Positions 50,613-60,585 of a stretch of DNA of 64,000 bases are shown here, piece after piece (the first letter of the stretch is position 1; each line of letters begins with the position of its first letter). The notes below the pieces were generated by a model. It made no database searches, was not told the origin of the DNA, and saw only the letters and a list, made by a program, of their open reading frames with translations. The DNA is from a virus: positions 5,939-69,938 of the IMG/VR virus record IMGVR_UViG_3300045988_182694; one strand, given 5' to 3'. The position numbers and the translations under genes were made by a program.

Positions 50613-50842
50613 TTATTCTGAGCTTCTTCCAAAATAGGTGAGACACGTTCAAAGTTTACAGTGCAGCGCTCAGGATTGATGCCGTGTTCAGAGAGACCAC
50701 GCCGAATGATGTTCAGCATGATTTCCTTTGCGGCACCATAGGAGGGCGCTCTCACAGTAAACGTATCCGAGTTCGAAACAGTGTAGCTGAACTCCACCTT
50801 GTAGTCCTGCCAGTCACTACGCTTTTCCGCCATCGTCATCAC
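50609..50842 (-). CDS. Hypothetical protein (77 aa)
   Basis: ORF; overlaps the upstream stop. Confidence 0.55.
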   Translation of the reverse strand: MMTMAEKRSDWQDYKVEFSYTVSNSDTFTVRAPSYGAAKEIMLNIIRRGLSEHGINPERCTVNFERVSPILEEAQNN

Positions 50843-51765
50843 TCCTTCACAGGGATTCCCTGTCGGAGAAGGTTTTCGTCGAGATACGTGGCCGTCTCAT
50901 CTGCGCGATGCAGAAGAAAGGCCAGAGGATAGCGCGTAAAGGCAAGAGAGGTATTCTTGTCCGTGCTGTACTCGCCCATGTGGAAGCGAATCGCAAAGGC
51001 CTCCGTAATCGTCAGCCGAATATACCGTTCGATGAGGAACACGGACTTATCGCCGTGGTTGCCGTAAGGCATCTTCTCATCATAGGTAATCCAAGGCACA
51101 GCCTTCCACTGACCGGTCTGGGGGTCTTTCACATTGCGGCTGCCCCACACATAGAAGTTTGCCTTGCAAACATCATGCAGCAGCGCAGAGATAACGATGC
51201 TATCTTCGATAGCCCGTTTCTGCTGGTCATCCAGCGGTGTGCTGTTCCGTTCGACTTCAGAGAAATATGTGTCCTTGAGACGCATATACACGTTGAGAGA
51301 GTGGTCCAGCAGACCGCCGCAATAGCTGGAATGATACTTGGCACTGGCAGGAGCCGTAAAAAAGTCCGTTTCCTTAACCAGATAGTTAATCAGACTTCTC
51401 ATGCCGGGACGTTCCGTGCTGATGAGAGCGCCGATGAACACGATGGCCTTGGACTCGTACTGCTCGTCGGGCTTCGTGCCGGCGGGGTCAGCGACGGTAG
51501 GACGGTAGTCCCTGCCGTGCGCCATGTACTGCTTGACCGCTTCTGCCGCTGCCCACCTGATGAAATCTTCCAACTTGTCGGGGTCGCCATTGTTGGCCTG
51601 CTCGACAGCACGGGAGAAGGCGTCATAGTCATCGAGAGCAGCTTGGCAGATATCATCATGGCAGGCGCCCTTTTCAAACTGTCCGGAAATAGCCAGCAAC
51701 GCAGCGTCAGCACGCTCATAGAGCTTCTGCATCCGCTCGATTTCGGGAGGATAGTTACAGCCCAT
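50839..51765 (-). CDS. HD-domain phosphohydrolase-like protein (308 aa)
   Basis: ...YHSSYCGGLLDHSLNV...ALLHDVCK...GNHGDKS... pattern. Confidence 0.55.
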   Translation of the reverse strand: MGCNYPPEIERMQKLYERADAALLAISGQFEKGACHDDICQAALDDYDAFSRAVEQANNGDPDKLEDFIRWAAAEAVKQYMAHGRDYRPTVADPAGTKPDEQYESKAIVFIGALISTERPGMRSLINYLVKETDFFTAPASAKYHSSYCGGLLDHSLNVYMRLKDTYFSEVERNSTPLDDQQKRAIEDSIVISALLHDVCKANFYVWGSRNVKDPQTGQWKAVPWITYDEKMPYGNHGDKSVFLIERYIRLTITEAFAIRFHMGEYSTDKNTSLAFTRYPLAFLLHRADETATYLDENLLRQGIPVKE

Positions 51766-51788
51766 AATATTTTCTCCTTTCTTTCTTT

Positions 51789-52319
51789 TTACTTAGCGAT
51801 GTCTTCAGCACGGATGGTGCCGGAAGTCCATGCGCTTGTCGGGAATGTAATCTCCGGTACTCGCTCCAACATGGCGGCCTTCAGCGCTTCTTTGTAGCGT
51901 TTGAAATGCCGCTTTTGGAAGCCGAGCAGCCTATCATCGTACTGGACTTCTTTCTGCAGCAGCTCAACAGCGAGAGATGTCTCGTTGTCCTCAACTGCGA
52001 TGGTGAACAGTTCGTTTTCCATAATCGCACGTCGCGTTCTGGAAATCCACTTCTCTCCCAGCACAGGAGTCATACTCTGAAAGCGGCGGCTCAAGGCGTC
52101 AACGATGCACTCCAGCACATCTTCCTCCTCGTTGGCCGAACCTTCTTCGTCGAACAGCCACCGGCAGGTGTCCAGTTCGGAGTAGGGGATGTCCTTCAGC
52201 AAACGAACCTCAGGCTCTTCCTTATCAGGCTCGTCCTCACGGTACACGTGAAGGAAGCTGTTAGGAATGCAAAACACAGCCTCGTAGGGACCGCGTACAG
52301 ATACGTTGCCTTTACCCAT
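51789..52319 (-). CDS. Hypothetical protein (176 aa)
   Basis: ORF with AAAGGAGAAAAGAACT RBS. Confidence 0.65.
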   Translation of the reverse strand: MGKGNVSVRGPYEAVFCIPNSFLHVYREDEPDKEEPEVRLLKDIPYSELDTCRWLFDEEGSANEEEDVLECIVDALSRRFQSMTPVLGEKWISRTRRAIMENELFTIAVEDNETSLAVELLQKEVQYDDRLLGFQKRHFKRYKEALKAAMLERVPEITFPTSAWTSGTIRAEDIAK

Positions 52320-52352
52320 AGTTCTTTTCTCCTTTCTTTTTACCTGAATGAC

Positions 52353-52544
52353 TCAGGCGTGGCAGGCAGTGCGGAGCTGGATTTCCAGCTTCTCCGCGTA
52401 CTCCCGACTGGCGCCGCAAACGCACATCTGCGGGCAGACCAATGGGTCGTAGTAGTCGCCGCCATCCTTCGGCAGAATCGCCTCACGTCCCTCATCAACG
52501 CGAATCACGTTGGGACGAGGGCAGTTGTAGCAGGGATTATACAT
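52353..52544 (-). CDS. Small Cys-rich protein (63 aa)
   Basis: ORF with AAAGGAGAAACACT RBS. Confidence 0.55.
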   Translation of the reverse strand: MYNPCYNCPRPNVIRVDEGREAILPKDGGDYYDPLVCPQMCVCGASREYAEKLEIQLRTACHA

Positions 52545-52570
52545 AGTGTTTCTCCTTTCTTTAAGAGGCG

Positions 52571-52825
52571 CTATTTGTGGCGCCCTGTTTCCTTTCGGAA
52601 GCGAAGAATACTGAAATAGGCATCAGCAGGTCGCTGTGGCAGATGCGCTACGGCATTGAATACTTCGTCGATACAGTGAACAGCAAGTTCACGTTCCCGT
52701 AAGAGCGATGAGAGCATCTCCGCTGCGGCCAGCAGCTCAGTGTCACCGGTGGTGGCACCAAGCTGCTGAATGCGGACGACCATCATTTCAGCGTCTTCTT
52801 TTTGAATGTGTGAATGTTTCTCCAT
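52571..52825 (-). CDS. Hypothetical protein (84 aa)
   Basis: Start refined to ATG 52825 (GGAAGGA RBS). Confidence 0.5.
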   Translation of the reverse strand: MEKHSHIQKEDAEMMVVRIQQLGATTGDTELLAAAEMLSSLLRERELAVHCIDEVFNAVAHLPQRPADAYFSILRFRKETGRHK

Positions 52826-52848
52826 GAATCGTCCTTCCGCAGTTTTGT

Positions 52849-53100
52849 TCAAGGTCTCCACGGCGTAGCGCGAAGCTCGTCGTTGATTTGCTTGACCGTT
52901 TTCTCCTGCCACCGATTGACACGCTTCATCTTGGTAAGCTCGTAATCGCCGGCCTGATGCAGCGTGACACCGTGGGTGCCGAAGTGCAGCCACTTACCCT
53001 GCGAAAGCGTCACAGTATGACCTTTTCCGGTCTCCTGCAGCCGTTTTTTCGCCGACGTGACCATTGCCTGCGTGACAATGCCCTTAGGCCGCCCTGCCAT
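52849..53100 (-). CDS. Hypothetical protein (83 aa)
   Basis: ORF; start overlaps the upstream stop. Confidence 0.55.
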   Translation of the reverse strand: MAGRPKGIVTQAMVTSAKKRLQETGKGHTVTLSQGKWLHFGTHGVTLHQAGDYELTKMKRVNRWQEKTVKQINDELRATPWRP

Positions 53101-53657
53101 TACTGATACCTCTGAGAACGGTACTCACAGAGTCCCTGTTCAGGGTCCCATTTGCTGGGAGGTAATTCCTCATAGCGGATACCGTTCTTCTTGCTGGTAA
53201 TCTTGATGGGATAGGGGAGAGAGGCGTTATCCTCGTCATAGCACGCAATGTCAATGCCGATATTGCGGACTTCCGTCCTGTAGGGCGCAAACTTGTTGCC
53301 AAGCTCCTTCTTGAGATGTGCAACAAGCGCATCATGGAGGTCCTCGAAGGGAATCGACAGGTCGGCGACGACAGGATACCACGGGAAGTCCTTCAGCCGA
53401 TAGGTCGTTCTTACCAAAGCACCATCTTTCGTCCAGCAGTGGACGTGGGGCAGCAGGTGGTCAGGATTTTCGGCGATAAACTTCCGGTTCCACTCTACGA
53501 CCAAGTCGTAGACATCCTTGCCGTCGAAGATACCGTAGGTTTCATAGCACGGCTCACAGATGAACGTCCCATCGGGGCAGGCAACATAGCCCTTGCGGTC
53601 GGCGCGGAGGTTCTTGGTGTTGTTTGTATCGGCAAACAGCCAAGAGAAGCTACCCAT
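53100..53657 (-). CDS. Hypothetical protein (185 aa)
   Basis: ORF in operon. Confidence 0.65.
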   Translation of the reverse strand: MGSFSWLFADTNNTKNLRADRKGYVACPDGTFICEPCYETYGIFDGKDVYDLVVEWNRKFIAENPDHLLPHVHCWTKDGALVRTTYRLKDFPWYPVVADLSIPFEDLHDALVAHLKKELGNKFAPYRTEVRNIGIDIACYDEDNASLPYPIKITSKKNGIRYEELPPSKWDPEQGLCEYRSQRYQ

Positions 53658-53660
53658 ACC

Positions 53661-54107
53661 TCACACCCCCTCCATCTCAATGCAGGGGACAGGGTACATC
53701 ACCGCTGTACCGCAGTTGGGGCAGCAATCGGGCATATCGCCGGTATCGCTGCACACCAGTTCTTCACCGCAGATACCGCAGCGGAAAACACCGTCATCGC
53801 TGCGGTCAGCGACGGAAGGCCCCTTGAAGAAGTAGCTTGCCAGAGCTTCCATCAGCTCCTCAAAGGTCAGCTCGATGTCTTCCACCAGATAAACCTTACC
53901 GTCAGGCGTACCGATGGTGACGCCGTGGACGTACTCTCCGTTCTCAGGACACATCCTGCAGTCGGAGAACCAGTCCTTATACAGCGCCTTAGCATCCGCC
54001 GTGACAGTGGCGTAAGAGTTGTCCATGCGTTCAAAAGTGAAGCGCACGTCAACGGACTCGGCAGACCAGTGGGTCTTAACCGTAGCGAGAGCAAGTTTCA
54101 ATTCCAT
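53661..54107 (-). CDS. Hypothetical protein with C-terminal CxxC pairs (148 aa)
   Basis: Start refined to ATG 54107; CGICGE...CCPNCG. Confidence 0.6.
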   Translation of the reverse strand: MELKLALATVKTHWSAESVDVRFTFERMDNSYATVTADAKALYKDWFSDCRMCPENGEYVHGVTIGTPDGKVYLVEDIELTFEELMEALASYFFKGPSVADRSDDGVFRCGICGEELVCSDTGDMPDCCPNCGTAVMYPVPCIEMEGV

Positions 54108-54130
54108 GTTGATTTCTCCTTCCAAAAAAA

Positions 54131-54532
54131 TCAGACTTCGAAAGTGTCGAGCAGCTTTTCACTGGAGACAATGTCGAGAACCTGCTTCTGCAGCTTCTGC
54201 TTGATAGCAGGCCAGTGGCGCAGCAAAGCGACGCCGGCGGACGTATAGGTATCGAAACTACAGGTCCTGCCGAACTCATCCGATGAGGTACTCAGCAGAC
54301 TCAGACCGAGATTACCGGTGCGACCGCTGATGTGGTCGCCGATGTGGTCTTTGTAAACCGACAGATGGTATTCCGCCTCACGATAAGGAGGCGTAGGATA
54401 CTGCCGTTCTTCACCGAAATCCACAGTGATGCTGCTGCCGTGCAGATACGGGCAAATCTCAGATTTGATGTAGGCATCAATTTTCTCGATGTTTGCCCGC
54501 AGCTTTTTCTTCTCTTCCTGATTGAGAGTCAT
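54131..54532 (-). CDS. Hypothetical protein (133 aa)
   Basis: ORF with AAAGGAGTACAAC RBS. Confidence 0.65.
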   Translation of the reverse strand: MTLNQEEKKKLRANIEKIDAYIKSEICPYLHGSSITVDFGEERQYPTPPYREAEYHLSVYKDHIGDHISGRTGNLGLSLLSTSSDEFGRTCSFDTYTSAGVALLRHWPAIKQKLQKQVLDIVSSEKLLDTFEV

Positions 54533-54632
54533 GTTGTACTCCTTTCTTTTTTTTGCTGGAAAAGCGGGGTCTCGAAATGTATCGAGACCCCGCCTTTCGC
54601 TTGCCTTACAGATTTGCGGGGGAGTGGCGGAA

Positions 54633-55586
54633 TCAGAACGGCAGGTCGCTGTCGTCGATACCGTTCAGCTCATAGAAGCCGTTGGGGGCGGGCTGACCGT
54701 AGTTCATCGGCTGCTGACCCTGCTGCTGAGGCGCAGGAGCGGGCTGACCCTGCTGAGGCATAGCCTGCTGCTGGGGAGCGTAACCGCCCTGAGGAGCCTG
54801 CTGAGGTGCGGGCTGCTGGTAGCCATTGGCAGCGGGAGCGCCGAAGGAAGACTGGTAGCCCTGAGAAGCCTGCTGCTGGGCATTGGGGTCCATGCAGGAG
54901 CCGCTGTTGCGGTCACGGAGCAGAGTGAAGTCACTGACCGTGATGTTCAGGCTCTTGGCAGGCGTTCCGTCATTGCGCTTGTACTCCTGAATCTTGGCAG
55001 AGCCGGAAATAATCAGCACAGGGTTGCTGTGCCGACCGGTAGCGACCATGTTCAGGAAGCGCTCGGCGACCTTCTCCCACATAGAGCAGTTTGCCCACAC
55101 CACACCCTTGTCATTGGGAACCAGCGTTCCCTGACCGAAGACACGGTCCAGAGTGTTCTGGCGGCCCTGAATGGGCATAGAGAAGTTGATGTAGGGCTTG
55201 CCCTCGCTGGTGTACTTCATCTGGGAGCAGCGGGTGACAGCACACTCGAAGTCCACATAGATGAAGGGCTTACCGTCGGAGGTCACAGCATTGGTGAAAT
55301 GACCGTAGGTGATGAACTGACGGCCCTGCTGCTGACCCTGCGCGGGAGCACCCTGCTGCGGATAGCCGCCCTGCTGGGGCGCAGGCTGGCCCTGAGGCAT
55401 ACCCTGCTGAGGATACCCACCCTGAGCATAGCCCTGAGGGGCCGGCTGCTGGGGAGGATAGCCGTAGGCGGGCTGGCCCTGCGGAGCGCCGTACTGAGGC
55501 TGTGCGGGATACTGGCCCTGTGCCTGAGGATAGCCGTACTGGTTGGGAGCCTGCTGCATACCACCGTTGTTGTTCTGATAAGACAT
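54633..55586 (-). CDS. ssb: Single-stranded DNA-binding protein with Q/P/G/Y-rich N-terminal extension and linker (317 aa)
   Basis: Central OB-like core (...[14 protein letters not shown]...), Q/P/G-rich tail ending in the canonical acidic tip DDSDLPF. ATG 55586 behind AAAGGAGAAAATT. Confidence 0.75.
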   Translation of the reverse strand: MSYQNNNGGMQQAPNQYGYPQAQGQYPAQPQYGAPQGQPAYGYPPQQPAPQGYAQGGYPQQGMPQGQPAPQQGGYPQQGAPAQGQQQGRQFITYGHFTNAVTSDGKPFIYVDFECAVTRCSQMKYTSEGKPYINFSMPIQGRQNTLDRVFGQGTLVPNDKGVVWANCSMWEKVAERFLNMVATGRHSNPVLIISGSAKIQEYKRNDGTPAKSLNITVSDFTLLRDRNSGSCMDPNAQQQASQGYQSSFGAPAANGYQQPAPQQAPQGGYAPQQQAMPQQGQPAPAPQQQGQQPMNYGQPAPNGFYELNGIDDSDLPF

Positions 55587-55689
55587 AATTTTCTCCTTTC
55601 TTCCGCACGAAGGCGGACCAAATCCTGACAAATGTTGATTTTTGGGGTGTCAGAAAATGGCATATTTGATGTATTTATATATTAAAAAA

Positions 55690-55818
55690 GACAGCTATCC
55701 CGTAATTGGGATAACTGTCTTTAATAATTAGGGTGACTTGAAAACGGAGATAAATCTCCTTTATAAAAATAGCTTCGTAATTATAATTCTATACTACCAC
55801 AGTTTGATATTTTGTCAA
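55690..55818 (-). promoter_or_regulatory. Promoter-leader-hairpin module, copy J (different downstream 5' UTR)
   Basis: -35 at 55813-55818; hairpin 55690-55719. Confidence 0.65.
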
Positions 55819-55860
55819 GTTTTCCAAGCGAACAAATTTGAGGAGAATTTCCGCTGGTTC

Positions 55861-55889
55861 TTGCACTGGTGAAATTTCTTTGATATACT
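55861..55889 (+). promoter_or_regulatory. Plus-strand promoter for CDS 55920-56474
   Basis: TTGCAC (55861-55866), 17 nt, TATACT (55884-55889). Confidence 0.5.
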
Positions 55890-55919
55890 TTATGTTATAC
55901 TGAAGGGGGAGGTATTCAC

Positions 55920-56474
55920 ATGGGGGCTATGTATGAAAGACTATCAGTGGGGGATAGGGTTCCGGAATACCTCACAAATGACATTTTGATTCGAATGGAT
56001 TATGATAGTGTTACTGGGTGGAAACTTATAATTGGCTTTCCCGAAATGAGAAAGGATGAAAATGATTCATTCATCAAGGGGAGTTTGATGACAACTTTAG
56101 CTGTTATCAAAGATACACCTTTCTTCTTGTTCTCATTTGATGCTGGTCCGTGGATGGACACTCCCTTTGACCCTCGCATCAACCCGACTCTTCCGCCATT
56201 TGAAGAAATAGAAGAGGAGGGAGTTGGATGCAGCCTCATCATTGTGTCTGTGGACACGAAATACGGCGAAATCTTGGGCTTCAGGCAGGTCGGCCTAAGC
56301 CACACCCTGAGCAACAAAATACTCCGAACAATGCGTGAGTTCCAGCTTCGCCCGCCTATCTCGCGGGAACAGTACAGACGAAACATAGATGCAGCATACA
56401 GCGTGTATGCAAGCTCTGAGGAAATGCTCCGGACGGTACATCCTAATGATGTGTTTGCCGTTGTAAGGACTTAA
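55920..56474 (+). CDS. Hypothetical protein (184 aa), lone plus-strand gene between leftward operons
   Basis: ORF with GGGGGAGG RBS, its own promoter and a terminator. Confidence 0.65.
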   Translation: MGAMYERLSVGDRVPEYLTNDILIRMDYDSVTGWKLIIGFPEMRKDENDSFIKGSLMTTLAVIKDTPFFLFSFDAGPWMDTPFDPRINPTLPPFEEIEEEGVGCSLIIVSVDTKYGEILGFRQVGLSHTLSNKILRTMREFQLRPPISREQYRRNIDAAYSVYASSEEMLRTVHPNDVFAVVRT

Positions 56475-56484
56475 ATGATTTCAT

Positions 56485-56518
56485 GAAAAAAAGCAGGGTG
56501 CTATGCACCCTGCTTTTC
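56485..56518. terminator. Bidirectional terminator
   Basis: A7-GCAGGGTGC-TAT-GCACCCTGC-TTTTC. Confidence 0.75.
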
Positions 56519-58822
56519 TGTTGCGTCAGCAGCAAATTCATGGAGTTCGGTGTAGAGCCAGTCACCCAGCATCGTATACCGTTTGTCCGTTTTGTTGTTC
56601 AGAATAGCCTTTGTCAAGGCTTCGACACGACCGACCATGATAACACAGTCCTTTGCACGGGTAATGCCGGTATAGACCAGATTGCGCCGCAGCATAGCCT
56701 TGTGCTCAGGTGATACGACCATGATAACGATGGAATACTCAGAACCTTGACTCTTATGCACCGTGGTACAGTAAGCCAAGTCAACATTTTCCATCTGTTC
56801 AGCATCGTACCGAACCAGATTACCGTCGTCATTGAACTCAATGGTAACGATATCTGTCTTCTTGTTCGGGTCGTCCTTGTCAGCTTCAAAAGAGATGGAG
56901 TGAATCACACCGATGTCGCCATTCTTGGCGAAGTCGGTGTTTTTCGTCTGCATCACTCTGTCGCCTTCACGGAACAGCTTGCTGTTGAAGATAGCGAAGT
57001 TCTTTGTGGGAGATGCGGGGTTGATGCGCTCCTGCAGCAGCTTATTGAAGCGGTTCACATTCAGTGCGCTCTTGTGCCGATAGGGGCAGAGGAGAGCGAC
57101 GTTGGAAGCGCCCTTTGCGCGGATAGACTTCTCGTAGAGTTCGCATACAGCTTCCTCAATGCGGGCAGGGTCTCCGGTACGGTCTTCCATAAACATGAAC
57201 TGCTTTTTAGCATAATGCAGGTTTACGTCACCGTGACGCATCTTCTGCGCGTTTTCCACGATGGGATTTCCCTGAGCCTGTCGGTAGATGACATTCAGCT
57301 TGGTGACAGGCACCATACCGCTGCGAATCATCTCATACAGCACGTTGCCGGCACCGACAGAAGGGAGCTGTTCAGGGTCTCCAACGAACACGACTCTGGT
57401 GCGCCCCGGAATCTTCTGCAGCAGGTTGTATGCTACGAAAGAGTCCATCATGGAGCATTCGTCGATGATGAAGATATTGCCGAACAGGGGCCCATCACAA
57501 TCACAGCCGCCCACACAGTCATCACCACGCAGTCCGATGGCGGAATGGATGGTAGACGCCTCCACACCGGTCTGCTCCGTCATACGACGGGCGGCACGGC
57601 CAGTGGGAGCCAGTAGGCAGGGGAGTGAGTTATCCTCACCGAAAAGCTCCTTATGGACGTACAGAACGGCCTTTGTGACGGTCGTCTTTCCCGTGCCCGG
57701 ACCGCCGGTGATGATAGTGACGGGGTTCTGGAAGCAACTGATAACAGCCTCTTTTTGCTTTTCAGCGAGGGTGATGTCGTTGTCTTCCTGATATGCCTGT
57801 AATGCTCGGTTAATCTTCTCTGTAGAGACAGGCTTATTGCTTTTCATGAGCCGCTTGATATGGCGGCTAATACCGTATTCCTGCTCAAATCGGCTGGCAG
57901 AATACAGCATGGGACCGGCCAAACGAAGGTCCTTACGCAGACAGGCGGCGTTGATAGCGCCCTTACAGATTTCTTCTGTAACGCCCTTGGTCCGGACATT
58001 CTTGTTGGCTACTCTCGCCATCATAGCAGGCAGTTCAATAGCAGGGACACACATATGACCGGCGGATGCCGCCAAGTCCATAGTGTACCGCAGCGCCTCA
58101 CGGAGACGTGCAGGATTGTCGATAGCAACGCCCTGTTCCAAAGCGAAGCTGTCCACCATATCAAAGGAGAACCCCTTGACCTCGCAGACACGGTACGTGT
58201 CGTGCTTGAGGATATCCACCACGTCTTCATCGGGAAAAGCCTTCAGCAGTGTTTGTACCTTCCGAAGAGAGAGGTTTGCATTGCGGAGAAGTCTGGTGAC
58301 TTCACGCTCTTTCTTCGTCTCGCTCAGTGCGACCTTCAGTTTATCGACCATTTTCTTGGAAACGTAACGGCGTCCGTACTTGACACCAATCAACCGTTCA
58401 GGCTGATTGTCCAGCACGTCCCACGTAATGTCTCCAAACGTCTTCCAAACTGCTTCCGCAGCGGCGGGGCCGAACCCGCAGCGCAGGCTCGACAGGTACG
58501 ATATTGTGGCGTCCTTGGTTTTCTTGAGCTGGTACTCAAAAGACTCGACCTTGAAAGATGTGCCGTATTTACTACCCACAGACCAGTAACCAGTCATAGT
58601 GATGACTGTGTTCCGGTTGATGTTACGGTCTTCCGCATAGGGGAGGCCGTCGCCAGTGGCAACAAACGTCACATCATTCTGGGTATTCTGGCACTTAATG
58701 ACCTTCCAACCGTCTTTCTCATACAGCCGATAGATAGGAACGCAGGTGATTGTTTCAAGATTCTTGCTCATCACGCACGCGCTCCTTTCAGGGGAGGCGG
58801 CGAATGGGATTACAACGGCCAT
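56501..58822 (-). CDS. RecD-like SF1 helicase (773 aa)
   Basis: GGPGTGKTT (Walker A), IFIIDECSM, VFVGDPEQLPSVGAG, TVHKSQGSEY, YTGITRAKD. AAAGGAGG RBS before ATG 58822. Confidence 0.8.
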   Translation of the reverse strand: MAVVIPFAASPERSACVMSKNLETITCVPIYRLYEKDGWKVIKCQNTQNDVTFVATGDGLPYAEDRNINRNTVITMTGYWSVGSKYGTSFKVESFEYQLKKTKDATISYLSSLRCGFGPAAAEAVWKTFGDITWDVLDNQPERLIGVKYGRRYVSKKMVDKLKVALSETKKEREVTRLLRNANLSLRKVQTLLKAFPDEDVVDILKHDTYRVCEVKGFSFDMVDSFALEQGVAIDNPARLREALRYTMDLAASAGHMCVPAIELPAMMARVANKNVRTKGVTEEICKGAINAACLRKDLRLAGPMLYSASRFEQEYGISRHIKRLMKSNKPVSTEKINRALQAYQEDNDITLAEKQKEAVISCFQNPVTIITGGPGTGKTTVTKAVLYVHKELFGEDNSLPCLLAPTGRAARRMTEQTGVEASTIHSAIGLRGDDCVGGCDCDGPLFGNIFIIDECSMMDSFVAYNLLQKIPGRTRVVFVGDPEQLPSVGAGNVLYEMIRSGMVPVTKLNVIYRQAQGNPIVENAQKMRHGDVNLHYAKKQFMFMEDRTGDPARIEEAVCELYEKSIRAKGASNVALLCPYRHKSALNVNRFNKLLQERINPASPTKNFAIFNSKLFREGDRVMQTKNTDFAKNGDIGVIHSISFEADKDDPNKKTDIVTIEFNDDGNLVRYDAEQMENVDLAYCTTVHKSQGSEYSIVIMVVSPEHKAMLRRNLVYTGITRAKDCVIMVGRVEALTKAILNNKTDKRYTMLGDWLYTELHEFAADATEKQGA

Positions 58823-58879
58823 GTCGCCGGCCTCCTTTATAATTTATTTCTGATGATAAACTACTTTTTCCTGAAAGGG

Positions 58880-60289
58880 TTATGCGGTCTTATTCTTGCT
58901 CTTCTTAATGGAGAACGTCCGAGTTTTGCAGGGGATATCCACGATGCAATCACGGAACTTGTTCGCCAAATCGGGACTCAGCCCGTCGAGCGTGTCGATG
59001 AGCAACTCCATCACATCACGCTTATACTCCGTGCCCTTACGAGGGCTGTTTTTGACCTCGTAAGTGTCGTCACCAATGGTGATGATACCTACATCCATGT
59101 CAGGCCCCAGCGCCTCGATAAGAGGCAGGGAGAGCGCCTTACGCTGGTCGTCGAGCGCCTTCTTCTGCTTATCCAGCTTGGAGGACTGCTCGGACAGCTC
59201 CAACCATTTGGAGACCTTGTCCGCCAAATCGGAAGGCAGGTCACGGGTCACGGTCGGAGCGCCGACCTTCTGAGAAGCCATGTTGTTCAGGACCTGAAGC
59301 TCGTCCTCCATCTCACCGACGTGAGGAGGGGGATTATTGTTCTCGACATGGGTCTCCCACCAATCCGCCTCGACCTCAAGCTGGTCATGCTCCGCCTCGG
59401 TATCACGAGGCATGAACCGCCGCTTAAAGCCGGACAGGTCGAAGGTAGAACCCATATACATCCCACCGGTCTCATAGTCGTGGGTCAGGATGGCGCCGAT
59501 GTACGTACCCTTGATACGGTCATCGTTCAGTACCGCAGGGTACTGCCGCATCTGAGGGAGATAGTGGGGCGGGACCTTGTTGTTAATCCACGCCGCAAAG
59601 TTTTTCTCAATGGTGGTCTTGGCCTCAAAGACGTACAGCTCGCCATTCAACTCCACGATGGCGTCGATGTTCGCCGTGACACACGGAAACTCCTTGCTCC
59701 GGAACATACGGTGTTCAGGGATACGCTTTGCGCCGGAGAGGGCACAGAACGTGTTGACGACCGTATCTTCCAGAAAATGACCACGCACGAAAACGGCATT
59801 GCTGCCGGACTTCTGTGCTGCGTCAGGATTTCCGATTTTGTCATAGTACAGCTCCGTCTGCGTGCGATAATGGGACTGGCCCGTAATCACAGCAGCATCA
59901 GAACCACCGATACCGAGGTGACGGATAGCCTCCCATTCATGGGTGGAAACGAAGCGGCAATCCACGACAGTCTCAGCGTTGGGCCACTCCATACGAGGAG
60001 GAATGGCCGGCTTGTGCTTGCCGTAGAAGTTGTATTCATAGTAAACAGCATCCTTCAGCTCTTCCGGCGTCAAAACGTCGAAAACACTGCCAGTGTTCTG
60101 CATCTTCTTGAATACCTCCGCAGCGTTGTCCGCGAAGACCTCAGGCGGCATCAGATAGCACAGGTCCTTTGCCGCTTCCAGCACGTCCATGCGCCGACGA
60201 ATCGCATCCATCGTATTGATGAACGGAATGGCAGCTCGCGGGTCCATCCACATGGGAACAGACGTAGGCAGGTTACACTCGAAGTACAT
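58880..60289 (-). CDS. YqaJ-like (lambda Exo-type) exonuclease domain protein with C-terminal extension (469 aa)
   Basis: WEAIRHLGIGGSDAAVITGQSHYRTQTELYYDK is the typical YqaJ N-terminal signature. Confidence 0.65.
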   Translation of the reverse strand: MYFECNLPTSVPMWMDPRAAIPFINTMDAIRRRMDVLEAAKDLCYLMPPEVFADNAAEVFKKMQNTGSVFDVLTPEELKDAVYYEYNFYGKHKPAIPPRMEWPNAETVVDCRFVSTHEWEAIRHLGIGGSDAAVITGQSHYRTQTELYYDKIGNPDAAQKSGSNAVFVRGHFLEDTVVNTFCALSGAKRIPEHRMFRSKEFPCVTANIDAIVELNGELYVFEAKTTIEKNFAAWINNKVPPHYLPQMRQYPAVLNDDRIKGTYIGAILTHDYETGGMYMGSTFDLSGFKRRFMPRDTEAEHDQLEVEADWWETHVENNNPPPHVGEMEDELQVLNNMASQKVGAPTVTRDLPSDLADKVSKWLELSEQSSKLDKQKKALDDQRKALSLPLIEALGPDMDVGIITIGDDTYEVKNSPRKGTEYKRDVMELLIDTLDGLSPDLANKFRDCIVDIPCKTRTFSIKKSKNKTA

Positions 60290-60327
60290 ATTGTTTCTCC
60301 TTTCTGGTGGTGAGAGTTCTGTGCGGC

Positions 60328-60585
60328 CTAACGCCGCACAGAGCCCTCCACGTATGCTTCAATGCTCCATTTATTCCGCAGTCTCTTATTGACAGAGGTA
60401 ATGGGGTCGGCATTCATAAAATCATCACGCAGGCATCGAATCTGTGTGGCTTTGGAGCCGTCACAATATTCCAGAGAGCCTGTGCGAATCATCTTAGTGA
60501 TATGCCGCTTCATACCATTTGCCGTAAAAGACACAACAGAAGGGCGCTTACCGTCCTTGTGGAACAGCAGATATACGACTTTCAC
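60328..60585 (-). CDS. Hypothetical protein (85 aa)
   Basis: ORF in operon. Confidence 0.55.
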   Translation of the reverse strand: MKVVYLLFHKDGKRPSVVSFTANGMKRHITKMIRTGSLEYCDGSKATQIRCLRDDFMNADPITSVNKRLRNKWSIEAYVEGSVRR

